IMG/VR virus record: IMGVR_UViG_3300032323_003710
Reading direction: 5' to 3' (one strand)
Source: an uncultured virus (IMG/VR IMGVR_UViG_3300032323_003710)
Taxonomy: Duplodnaviria > Heunggongvirae > Uroviricota > Caudoviricetes
DNA length: 64,000 bases
Position numbers and translations under genes: made by a program. The notes under the pieces are model-generated. The model was given only the letters and a program-made list of their open reading frames with translations, ran no database searches and was not told where the DNA came from. Shown here piece after piece: positions 55,868 to 64,000 of the stretch (positions are counted from its first letter, which is position 1; each line of letters begins with the position of its first letter).

Positions 55868-56308
55868 TTACTTTTTTATTGTAATTATCAATTTTTTAAT
55901 TTTACTATTATCTAAGGAACTTAAATCAAGATTATATCTATCATTATATTCTGTTGAAGGCCACTTTATTTTACGATTTCCATCTAAGTAAAGAATACCT
56001 CTTATACCATATTTCTCACTTAAAAATAATATAAATGGAATTAAATCATCTGAAAACTCATTAAAATCAAATACTTCACTCATAATTTGTAAACTATTTG
56101 TGAACTTCTCAACTACAATTGTATCATATCTACTATTTGATGGATATTTAATAGTAGTTTGAAAATTACTATCAGATTGTATTTGTGCTTCTCTTGATAC
56201 TCTAACAACAAAATTGAAATTTTTATCAATTAAGTAAGCTAAATTATCATTACAGAATTGTTTTAATTCATCTGTTCTTGATGCTTCAAATAGTTTTAAA
56301 TATTTCAT
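55868..56308 (-). CDS. Hypothetical protein with MKYLKLFE tag
   Basis: Start moved to MKYLKLFEAS. Confidence 0.75.
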   Translation of the reverse strand: MKYLKLFEASRTDELKQFCNDNLAYLIDKNFNFVVRVSREAQIQSDSNFQTTIKYPSNSRYDTIVVEKFTNSLQIMSEVFDFNEFSDDLIPFILFLSEKYGIRGILYLDGNRKIKWPSTEYNDRYNLDLSSLDNSKIKKLIITIKK

Positions 56309-56309
56309 A

Positions 56310-56555
56310 TTATTTGTACCAGTCTTTATCAACTATATAATTTTTGAAATTCTTAACAACATTCATCTGGTCAAATAACAATCCAACCAATGGTTGTAAT
56401 CTCTTTAGAAAACCATTCATTGTGTCATTTTGATATAAGTAAGGTGTTAGAGTTTTATCTAATAACATATTCTCATAGTCAATATAATCATTATCATTAT
56501 CATGTCTATGTTTCATATAATATAATTCTGGGAGTTGTTTCTTTCTATATAACAT
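56310..56555 (-). CDS. Small protein downstream of baseplate wedge (possibly baseplate-associated)
   Basis: TAATG-coupled to gp6-like gene. Confidence 0.65.
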   Translation of the reverse strand: MLYRKKQLPELYYMKHRHDNDNDYIDYENMLLDKTLTPYLYQNDTMNGFLKRLQPLVGLLFDQMNVVKNFKNYIVDKDWYK

Positions 56556-58279
56556 TAGATTTGTGGTCTATTTTTTGAATCAACTGTACCTTTCTTGATT
56601 ATATTTACTGATTTTAATCCTGTTGAATCAACACCATCAGAATAGTAATTACCATTTCTATCATACCAACCACCTCTTATTACAGGGATTTCATTTGGTT
56701 CAAATATAATGTCACCTAAGACAGGATCTAAACCAACAACACTTGTTGGGTTGTAACCTGGAACTAAAGCTGCGGTAGATATGTCGGTGTTGTAGCTAGA
56801 GGCATACTTACTAACTTTGTTAGCAGCAATTACCATATTTTCATTGTGGTAGTCTTCATTCTTTTTAGATACAAATTGAATATCAACAGAGTGAATATCA
56901 GTAATTGTTGATAACTCTCTAATAATATCTAACTTAGGTACTCTATCAATTCTTGATAAGTCTAAGAAGTACTCTGAAATCCTATCTAATATCTGTGCAT
57001 TAACTGATTCATCTGTTGCATCTGAATAACTAATAACAAATATGTTCATTGTGTAATATGAAAGTGTAGGTGAAACTATTTTATATTTTCTTGTTAATTG
57101 TATGTTACCACCTGTTCTTAAATACTTATCAATCTTTGACTTCTCATAATTATCTAAAATAAAGGCAGCAATATTTATTGAGAAGTAATCTGCATTTTGA
57201 CTTTTGAATAATCTAATGTTAGGTGTGGCAACTATGAATATAGTTCCTGATCTTTCATAAGCATTAACATGTGAGAATACACCAAGTTTTTTAATTTCAT
57301 AAGCATATTGTTGAGGTAATCCTAATACAAAATTATTACTTGCAATTGGTAATATATTTCTTGTAAATGCCAAACTTTCTTTATCTGCACCAAAGTTTAT
57401 ATCTGTAAAAATATCAATATCAAAAACTTTATCAACATTTACAACCTCACCATCTGAACTAATAATATCATCTACAAATTTCCAATCATTTATTGTTCTT
57501 CTAAAGATATTACCTAATTGACCATCTGTACATAAATATTTAACTTCTATTATAGAACCAATTGTAGGAATTAAACCAAATCCCTCATTACCAAAGATAA
57601 TATCAATACCACCATCATAACCAGTTCTTACAACACAAGCTTTCTCACCAGGTAGCATTTCAAATATATGTTTCTTCAATGAGTAAAAATCACCATTTAC
57701 TGTAACTTCACAATTAAAGTTCTCAACATCCTTTCTACCTAATTCAATAACTGAAAGTGTTTGTAATGGTGTACCATCTCCAGTATAAGTTTTAGTTTTC
57801 CAGCTACCTTGAATAATAGGAACATAAAATGTATAGTTTGGTGTTATTCTATGTGTAATAGTATCAGTACCAATATTGAATGAATAAGAAAGACCATTAG
57901 TTTTGTTTTTCATTTCAATTTTATTTCTCAATGTAACTCTTGATCCAGGAATATCTTTTTCAATATCTGCTGATGACTTTAATGTAAATTTAATTGTACC
58001 TGTTGCTGATATTGCTCTACCTGGATTGTGACCAGCTGAGATTGCTGCATTTCTAATAACTCTCTCATTGTTAGAATTTGCAATACTCAAGTCAAATGTA
58101 TTAATAGCATTCTTTAGATAAAGTAAAGATAACTGATGTAAGTTCTCTACTACCAAAAGTATTTGCCCATAAGGAGCTGCTGCAGAGAATAAAACATTAG
58201 CTTTATTGTACTCATTTTTTAAAAAGTTTTCAATTTCAAACTTAACATTTGAGAAAGTAATTTCTGAAAATAATGCCAT
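56555..58279 (-). CDS. Baseplate wedge protein (T4 gp6-like)
   Basis: ITFSNVK..I..FL, IRNAA..AGHNP.RAISA, IIFGN.GFG.IP..GSIIEVKYL.TDG..GN, GADKES. Confidence 0.8.
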   Translation of the reverse strand: MALFSEITFSNVKFEIENFLKNEYNKANVLFSAAAPYGQILLVVENLHQLSLLYLKNAINTFDLSIANSNNERVIRNAAISAGHNPGRAISATGTIKFTLKSSADIEKDIPGSRVTLRNKIEMKNKTNGLSYSFNIGTDTITHRITPNYTFYVPIIQGSWKTKTYTGDGTPLQTLSVIELGRKDVENFNCEVTVNGDFYSLKKHIFEMLPGEKACVVRTGYDGGIDIIFGNEGFGLIPTIGSIIEVKYLCTDGQLGNIFRRTINDWKFVDDIISSDGEVVNVDKVFDIDIFTDINFGADKESLAFTRNILPIASNNFVLGLPQQYAYEIKKLGVFSHVNAYERSGTIFIVATPNIRLFKSQNADYFSINIAAFILDNYEKSKIDKYLRTGGNIQLTRKYKIVSPTLSYYTMNIFVISYSDATDESVNAQILDRISEYFLDLSRIDRVPKLDIIRELSTITDIHSVDIQFVSKKNEDYHNENMVIAANKVSKYASSYNTDISTAALVPGYNPTSVVGLDPVLGDIIFEPNEIPVIRGGWYDRNGNYYSDGVDSTGLKSVNIIKKGTVDSKNRPQI

Positions 58280-58288
58280 TATTTATTA

Positions 58289-58759
58289 TTATTTTTTTAA
58301 CTTAATTAATAGTTTATTAATTAAATCTAATGCAGAATCCTTATCTAAATGATTAGAATTTTCTAATTCCTTTTTTAAGTCTTCCAATTTTTTCTCATTA
58401 TCATCAAAACCTCCATCAAATAAAATCTCCAAAGAATTAGTTAAATTCTCAACAATGTAATCTGAACTGAATCTGTTTTTCTCAAAGATGTCTTGAACAT
58501 CTGAACTAAATGTATAGATAGATGAAACTCTTTCAACTAAACTATTCTCATCTAATGGATTTGCATAATAGTTCCAAGAGAAATTAGCATTTTCAATTTC
58601 AGTCATCTTAATTATTGCTTTAACTTCTTTATTATTTTCTAATACTGATAACTCAAAATAGTTACCTAATTCTTTGTTAGACTTCTCAGAAATCTGAACA
58701 TTTTCAAAGTAATTAGTAAGATCACCATGAACTCTATTTATATTTTGTTTCAATTCCAT
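58289..58759 (-). CDS. Hypothetical protein
   Basis: First gene of baseplate operon; AATATATA 58781-58788. Confidence 0.75.
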   Translation of the reverse strand: MELKQNINRVHGDLTNYFENVQISEKSNKELGNYFELSVLENNKEVKAIIKMTEIENANFSWNYYANPLDENSLVERVSSIYTFSSDVQDIFEKNRFSSDYIVENLTNSLEILFDGGFDDNEKKLEDLKKELENSNHLDKDSALDLINKLLIKLKK

Positions 58760-58901
58760 TTTAATTTTTTAATTTTCTTTTATATATTAAAAAAATTATC
58801 TTGCTAATACAAAATAAATACAAAACTACGTCGTTATAGTAGAGAATGTCAGACTTTTTATTATTTAGTTTTAATATATATAATAAAAAAAATTGTATTG
58901 G

Positions 58902-59630
58902 ATGAATGATACATTATTAGATGAGTTAATAAATCTTATTGATAAACATGGCATTAAAGGATTTGTAGGTGTTTTACTTGTATATTCACTAATTTCTATA
59001 TTTAAAAGTCAATGGTTTGGTAACCTTTTCTCAAAATTATCAGATAAATTTGTTGAAAGATTTATGAAAAGTGAGACAAAAGATGTTAGTATCAGAAAAA
59101 TTAATGATTCTGATATAACTAATCATGATATATTTAACTATATTGACTTTTGGACTTATTCTAAAGTTCCAACTTTTCAATTCTCAACAGAGTTTAGAAC
59201 TGCAGTATTTAGAAAGTATTTAACTATCTATCTTAAAAACTACAAAAGAAACATTGAGAAATTTGTAGTAGATAAAAGTTATGAGACAATGGATGAACCA
59301 CAAATACTTAAAACATTTCTTAACCTTATAAACCAAACTGTTTATGACTATGAGAGAGAAATGAGTGATGTAGGTATCACTCCTATTATTATAGAGAAGA
59401 TGAAAGTTAAGAACAATGATAACATATCTTTAACAATAGATTTAGTTGAAGGTGTTTGTTCATCACAGTTTTATAACTCTGAGAATAATTTATTAAAAAT
59501 ATATTCAATACTTAATATATTACTTACAGTATTAGAAAGTACTGTAAATAATGCTGAAAGTGTTTGTAATACTATCAATGGTCAATTAAAAGGATTGACT
59601 TTTGAAGGAAAAATAGAACCTGGTAAATAA
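58902..59630 (+). CDS. Membrane-anchored hypothetical protein, first gene of two-component operon
   Basis: N-terminal TM (GFVGVLLVYSLISIF); AATATATA 58873-58880; ATG at 58902 or TTG at 58893. Confidence 0.75.
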   Translation: MNDTLLDELINLIDKHGIKGFVGVLLVYSLISIFKSQWFGNLFSKLSDKFVERFMKSETKDVSIRKINDSDITNHDIFNYIDFWTYSKVPTFQFSTEFRTAVFRKYLTIYLKNYKRNIEKFVVDKSYETMDEPQILKTFLNLINQTVYDYEREMSDVGITPIIIEKMKVKNNDNISLTIDLVEGVCSSQFYNSENNLLKIYSILNILLTVLESTVNNAESVCNTINGQLKGLTFEGKIEPGK

Positions 59631-61108
59631 TGGATATTATTAAAGAATTAGAAAAGTATGTAAACGAATTAAAAAGAAAAGAGGATGAAATATCCAATAG
59701 AATGTATGCTATTAATCAGTCAAATGCAGTCATAGAGTTTGAACTAAATGGTACTATAAAATATGCAAATAAATTATTTTTAGAAACTATGGGTTATTCA
59801 TCAGAAGATGAAGTTGTAGGAAAACATCATAGTATTTTTATGGAAGATGATGTAAAAGATACTCAAGCATATTTTGATTTTTGGGAAAGATTAAATCAAG
59901 GTAAATTCTTTAGTGGAGAAATCAAAAGAAAGAAGAAAGATGGAACTCTAATTTATTTACAAGCAACATATAATCCAATTATTGGTACTGATGGTAAAGC
60001 TTATAGTGTAATAAAAATTGCTACTGATATTACTAAAATTTTTAATCAACAAATAGAGATTGAAAATAAAGAAAATGAAATTCGTAATAGAATGAATGCT
60101 ATTAACCAGTCAAATGCTGTTATAGAGTTTGAACTTAATGGTACTATAAAATATGCAAATGATTTATTTGTATCTACTATGGGTTATTCTTCACAGGATG
60201 AAATTGTAGGAAAACATCATAGTATTTTTATGGAAGATGATGTAAAAGATACTCAGGCATATTTTGATTTTTGGGAAAGATTAAATGAAGGTACATTCTT
60301 TAGTGGAGAGATTACAAGAAAGAAAAAAGATGGAACTTTAATCTATTTACAAGCAACATATAATCCAATTATTTCGACTGATGGTAGAATATATAGTGTA
60401 ATGAAAATTGCAACTGATATTACTAAAAGTTTTAATCAACAAATAGAGATTGAAAAGAAAAATACTTATCTAGAACATGCTGCCAAAATACTTAGACATG
60501 ATATGCATAGTGGAATTAATACCTATATGCCACGTGGTTTAAGTTCACTTGATCGTAGGATTACTGATGAACAACTGAAAGAGTTAAAAATTGATGCACC
60601 TCTTAAAATGATAAGAGAAGGTTTAAGACATACTCAAAAAGTTTACAAAGGAGTTTATGAATTTACAAATCTTGTAAAGAAAGATGTTGTTTTAAATCGT
60701 TCAGATCTTAACCTAAAAGATATTCTTGAGGATTATCTTTCAGCAACTGCATACAAACCTCAAGTTATTATAGAAGACTTAGGTATTGTATCAGTAAATG
60801 AAGCTCTTTTCTGTACTGCAATAGACAATTTAATTCGTAATGGACTTAAATACAATGATAGTGCATCAAAGTTTGTCAAAATTTATAAAAAAGATTATAA
60901 TATATACATAGAAGATAATGGTAGAGGTATGTCCGCAGAGGAATTTAAACTTCTATCTCAACCTTACACTAGAAAAGAAGATCAAAAAGAATCTGGTACT
61001 GGATTAGGCCTTAACATATGTGTTGCTATACTTGAAGAACATAAATTTAATATATCTTGTAGAAAGTTATCTCAAGGTACACAAATAAAAATAAAAATAA
61101 ATAACTAA
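59630..61108 (+). CDS. Soluble PAS-PAS sensor histidine kinase
   Basis: Two PAS/PAC domains; H-box LRHDMHS, N-box DNLIRNGLKYN, G1 EDNGRGM, G2 GTGLGL. Confidence 0.92.
   Translation: MDIIKELEKYVNELKRKEDEISNRMYAINQSNAVIEFELNGTIKYANKLFLETMGYSSEDEVVGKHHSIFMEDDVKDTQAYFDFWERLNQGKFFSGEIKRKKKDGTLIYLQATYNPIIGTDGKAYSVIKIATDITKIFNQQIEIENKENEIRNRMNAINQSNAVIEFELNGTIKYANDLFVSTMGYSSQDEIVGKHHSIFMEDDVKDTQAYFDFWERLNEGTFFSGEITRKKKDGTLIYLQATYNPIISTDGRIYSVMKIATDITKSFNQQIEIEKKNTYLEHAAKILRHDMHSGINTYMPRGLSSLDRRITDEQLKELKIDAPLKMIREGLRHTQKVYKGVYEFTNLVKKDVVLNRSDLNLKDILEDYLSATAYKPQVIIEDLGIVSVNEALFCTAIDNLIRNGLKYNDSASKFVKIYKKDYNIYIEDNGRGMSAEEFKLLSQPYTRKEDQKESGTGLGLNICVAILEEHKFNISCRKLSQGTQIKIKINN
59696..60456 (+). repeat. 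Recent tandem duplication of PAS domain (period 390 bp)
   Basis: 59696-60066 vs 60086-60456 nearly identical at DNA level. Confidence 0.9.
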
Positions 61109-61110
61109 AA

Positions 61111-61542
61111 ATGATTGATTCTATTTTATTAGTGGACGATGAAAGCCTTTTCCACTTAGTATTTGAAGACGCTTGTAGTCTTTTAGATATATCTCTTTCT
61201 TTAGAATGTTTAGATAGCTCAGATGAAGCAGCTAGAACATTTGAAGATTTATATCAAACAGGGAAAGCTAGACCAGAGTGTGTCTTTGTAGACCTAAATA
61301 TAATTGGTTCCTCTTTTGATGGAATTGAACTAATTCGTAAAATAACTGAGGACATGGGTAATGGAATGGTTATTGGAATCATCTCATCATCAGATGAACC
61401 AGAAGAACAAGCAAAAGCTAAAAAAGCTGGTGCACAATTTTGGATAATAAAGTCTGATGAGATTGAACCACGTCTTGAAGATTTTGTAAAAGATTTTGAT
61501 GGTTATAAAAATCATACAGCACCATTTAAAGTATATAAATAG
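61111..61542 (+). CDS. Single-domain response regulator (REC)
   Basis: ILLVDDE, VFVDLN (phospho-Asp), DGIELI, ISSS, IIKS. Confidence 0.92.
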   Translation: MIDSILLVDDESLFHLVFEDACSLLDISLSLECLDSSDEAARTFEDLYQTGKARPECVFVDLNIIGSSFDGIELIRKITEDMGNGMVIGIISSSDEPEEQAKAKKAGAQFWIIKSDEIEPRLEDFVKDFDGYKNHTAPFKVYK

Positions 61543-61548
61543 TAAATA

Positions 61549-62121
61549 ATGAAAATAGATAAAATAACTAGAGATACTTTACTACTAATTAAAAAAGAAA
61601 AGAAAGTTGTCCTTGAAGGAAATATACTAAAAATCCTTAAAGCAGAACCAGGTGATGAGGAATTTGAGAAATATCTTTTAGATGCAACTGAAAAAGATAA
61701 AGAAGGTAGAAGACGTAGATTAGATGTAACTAAACAAGTTCAAGCTAGAAATGCAGAATTGTTAGAATCAGAAGTAGAGAATAAAAAACTATTAGAAGAA
61801 CTAAATGTTGCTTTGGAAAATGCTGAGAAATTAAAGTCAGAAGCAGAACAAGCAAAGGATGATGCTTTGATGGATTTAGATATTCTACAAAAGAAGTCTC
61901 AGACAGAACTTATTAGTACAATTGTAAAAGTAGCTCTTTATGTAATAATTGGTGTTGGACTAACAACAACAATTATGTATGCAATTGCTTTATTTACAGG
62001 TGCTGATACACAAATTATTGGTTCAACTTGGAGTAATATGTTTGGAATACTTTTAACAAATGCCTTTTCAATTGTAGGTACAATTATGGGTGTTAAATAT
62101 GCCAGTGAGAAAAAAGAATAA
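61549..62121 (+). CDS. Coiled-coil protein with two C-terminal TM helices
   Basis: Heptad region then VALYVIIGVGLTTTIMYAIALF and MFGILLTNAFSIVGTIMGV. Confidence 0.8.
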   Translation: MKIDKITRDTLLLIKKEKKVVLEGNILKILKAEPGDEEFEKYLLDATEKDKEGRRRRLDVTKQVQARNAELLESEVENKKLLEELNVALENAEKLKSEAEQAKDDALMDLDILQKKSQTELISTIVKVALYVIIGVGLTTTIMYAIALFTGADTQIIGSTWSNMFGILLTNAFSIVGTIMGVKYASEKKE

Positions 62122-62170
62122 AAAACAAATTGATTGTCAAAACAATCAAAAAAAAACAAAAAAATATAAT

Positions 62171-62545
62171 ATGAAACATATAAAATTATTTGAAAATTTT
62201 AACAATGATATATCAGAAGAAATAGATAACTGGATAGAGGCTAATAATGACTATATTAGTGCATCCTCTTTAGAAGATAAATTGAAAGAACTTATTGGAG
62301 ATGATGATATAGAATCTTCTGAGACTATAGAGAAGAATTCTGGAGGTAATGAGTATGGAGAAAATTGGAGTACTAAAGTTATTTGTATAAAATACAAAGG
62401 ACAAGAACTTATGAAGGTTTGTGTTAATTCCTCAGGTGTATATGATTTTGGAAAGAATAGTATTATGTTTGAGGGACTTCCTAAAGACAAAGTTGTTGAA
62501 GCTGGATTTGGTACAAGATTTTTCTTTGATAAAAGTTTAGTTTAG
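62171..62545 (+). CDS. Hypothetical protein with MKHIKLFE tag
   Basis: Start moved to MKHIKLFENFN. Confidence 0.75.
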   Translation: MKHIKLFENFNNDISEEIDNWIEANNDYISASSLEDKLKELIGDDDIESSETIEKNSGGNEYGENWSTKVICIKYKGQELMKVCVNSSGVYDFGKNSIMFEGLPKDKVVEAGFGTRFFFDKSLV

Positions 62546-62562
62546 AAATTAAATACAATATA

Positions 62563-62603
62563 AATAAAAAATACTCAAACTTTCATTTGAGTATTTTTAT
62601 TTA
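62563..62603. terminator. Bidirectional terminator
   Basis: AAAAATACTCAAA..TTTGAGTATTTTT between convergent genes. Confidence 0.7.
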
Positions 62604-62622
62604 TTGGTAATTGCTCTCTTTT

Positions 62623-63168
62623 TTAATTCATTAAGTCATAAACATCTGTTGCAGTAAAATCAGGATCTGTAATTCCCAAATCATAATCAATATCTACACT
62701 AAAGTCTATATCATCTGCATCAAGTCTTCTTTTAATTGAATCATTTTTGTCTTCTCTTCTATGTAATCTACTTTCTCTTACATCTCTTGCAATGTTTAGA
62801 TAAACAACAAAACATCCTTTTCTTAAATCTTCTGGTAAAGTTAATAACTCTCCTGGTGTCATTATCAATACTTGTTTAGCCATAAACTCTTCTAATGTAA
62901 TTCCATAGTACCAAGTCTCTGGTTCAGAATTTTCAGGTGTTACTTCAAATGATTGATAAGTCAAAAACTTATTATCTTCTATTAATTGCTTAAACTCTTC
63001 TTGTTTTATAAAATTGTAAGTAACTCCATGTTGTTCAAACTTTCTAATAGGTCTTGTAGTACATTTAAGACAAGGTGTTAAACCTTTTTCAACTAACTTT
63101 CTCATTAAGAAATCTTTACCACTCCCAGATTTTCCAAGTATTATCACTTTTTCTGTCTTAATTTGCAT
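62623..63168 (-). CDS. gmk: Guanylate kinase-like protein
   Basis: GKSGSGKD, TTRPIR..E..GV.Y.F, WYYG, RL..R.D...I.RRL..D; class B motif 63189-63217. Confidence 0.85.
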   Translation of the reverse strand: MQIKTEKVIILGKSGSGKDFLMRKLVEKGLTPCLKCTTRPIRKFEQHGVTYNFIKQEEFKQLIEDNKFLTYQSFEVTPENSEPETWYYGITLEEFMAKQVLIMTPGELLTLPEDLRKGCFVVYLNIARDVRESRLHRREDKNDSIKRRLDADDIDFSVDIDYDLGITDPDFTATDVYDLMN

Positions 63169-63291
63169 TATTATAGTTAATATTTTTTATTTATACAAAT
63201 TATTCTATGATTTGTTTATATCTCCAATAGAAACCGCCTGCTCTTCTATGTTCATTATTGCAACAAAAAACTATGTTACTTGATTCTATAT

Positions 63292-63534
63292 TTAATATAT
63301 TGGTTTGTAATTAGGATATATCCCTGGGTAGTTATAGTTTCCTTTTCTTACCTCAGCTGCTTCTGTATCAACTGCTAATTGGTAATCAGGATCTTCTTTT
63401 TCTTTATCTTTACAAGGAATACAAATTGTATCTGTATTAAATACACTCATTGTAGTTTGATTATTTGTGGATTCACCACATCTTGGACAAACATCTACAT
63501 TCATTGAGAATGCTTCAAATTTTTTTAATTTCAT
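63292..63534 (-). CDS. Small Zn-finger protein with MKLKKFE tag
   Basis: CPRC...MSVFNTDTICIPC...GNYNYPGI; start moved to MKLKKFEAF. Confidence 0.75.
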   Translation of the reverse strand: MKLKKFEAFSMNVDVCPRCGESTNNQTTMSVFNTDTICIPCKDKEKEDPDYQLAVDTEAAEVRKGNYNYPGIYPNYKPIY

Positions 63535-64000
63535 AATTATTTTTATTTTTGAATAAGTCAAAGAATTTCTTTACTTTACTAACTGGTTCTTCTTTTGGTA
63601 TTTGTCTATCAAAAGTTAATTCTAATTGATATATTAATGGATTATCATAATTTTCAATTACACTCTTATTAACTTCAACTAGTTCATCTAAACTCATAAC
63701 TCTAATTGAATTATTCATACATACATACCAAACATAAATACGAGTTAATGGTTTATCATAAACATCAAGTATATATTCTTCTGCAACTGATAATGTATCA
63801 TATATACTCTCTAATGAAACACATCCCTCAACTTTATTAGTTCTTTCTTTATCAATTCTTTTTAAGAAAACTCGGAATCCATCATGAAAATCTGGCACAT
63901 AATCACCTGCACAAGGATGATTATATCTTAAAAAAGTGACATCTGTATTAAAATCTAAATCAGTAATCTCAACAAATAAACTTTTAATATCTTCTTTATT
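63515..64000 (-). CDS. Hypothetical protein, starts beyond window end
   Basis: Frame open from 64000 (NKEDIKSLFVEITDLDF...) through ORF-track ORF 63515..63898. Confidence 0.7.
   Translation of the reverse strand, partial: NKEDIKSLFVEITDLDFNTDVTFLRYNHPCAGDYVPDFHDGFRVFLKRIDKERTNKVEGCVSLESIYDTLSVAEEYILDVYDKPLTRIYVWYVCMNNSIRVMSLDELVEVNKSVIENYDNPLIYQLELTFDRQIPKEEPVSKVKKFFDLFKNKNNYEIKKI

Noticed and set aside
59696..60456. Near-identical repeats as DGR template/variable repeats
   Set aside because: Both copies are in-frame PAS domains of one gene, differences are not restricted to adenines, and no reverse transcriptase is in the window.
1624..62490. Numerous ORF-track entries antisense to or in alternate frames of clear genes (e.g. 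1624, 2346, 4486, 5191, 6344, 6736, 9297, 15544, 16198, 18582, 31537, 32470, 43948, 44954, 52686, 55500, 61938, 62251)
   Set aside because: Shadow ORFs of AT-rich coding strands (S/F/L/I-rich); they lack motifs or promoters and overlap better-supported genes.
3180..63195. TATAAATA occurrences as canonical T4 late promoters
   Set aside because: Here they mostly precede replication/metabolic genes and are paired with AAAC at fixed spacing, so they are treated as the -10 of class B; structural genes use AATATATA.
63205..63255. Tiny minus-strand ORF (MNIEEQAVSIGDINKS) upstream of gmk
   Set aside because: Only 16 codons, overlaps the gmk promoter candidate, and has no supporting signal.
1..64000. 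Stop-codon reassignment (as in some Bacteroidota jumbo phages)
   Set aside because: Standard code gives near-complete coding density with full-length enzymes; TAG and TGA end genes at sensible positions (e.g. 61542, 38182).

Overview
This is a 64-kb, very AT-rich, densely coding segment with frequent strand switching. It reads as part of a T4-superfamily-like jumbo/huge phage genome. Supporting genes include a T4-type topoisomerase large subunit, an RNase H/5'-3' exonuclease, a probable clamp-loader subunit, a gp6-like baseplate wedge and a collagen/beta-helix fibre. The host is most likely Bacteroidota (Flavobacterium-like), based on repeated TTTG-N19-TAnnTTTG promoters and on GSII and BFN/UVR genes. 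Accessory genes include NusG, a Dcm methylase, a CCA-adding enzyme, 2H/HAD/kinase/HIT proteins, a MoxR-VWA pair, three MazG-like proteins, a minimal class-II aaRS-like enzyme, glycosyltransferases, a signal-less Skp and a complete PAS-PAS histidine kinase/response regulator operon. The most striking unexplained structure is a pair of mutually exclusive peptide tags. (i) A mostly C-terminal R-[DENK]-x-[KQN]-[IL]-x-x-[IL]-[LI] helix ('RD tag') occurs on about 27 unrelated ORFs, several of which are fragments or derivatives of major capsid and tail-tube proteins (possible decoy/adaptor library). (ii) An N-terminal MK[YH][LI]KxF(N)E motif resembling the T4 capsid-targeting sequence occurs on about 18 ORFs, most of them downstream of an AATATATA motif. 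Three distinct promoter classes are visible. No tRNA, rRNA or CRISPR array was seen. All homology calls come from motif recognition by eye (T4 reference sequences recalled from memory), not from database searches.
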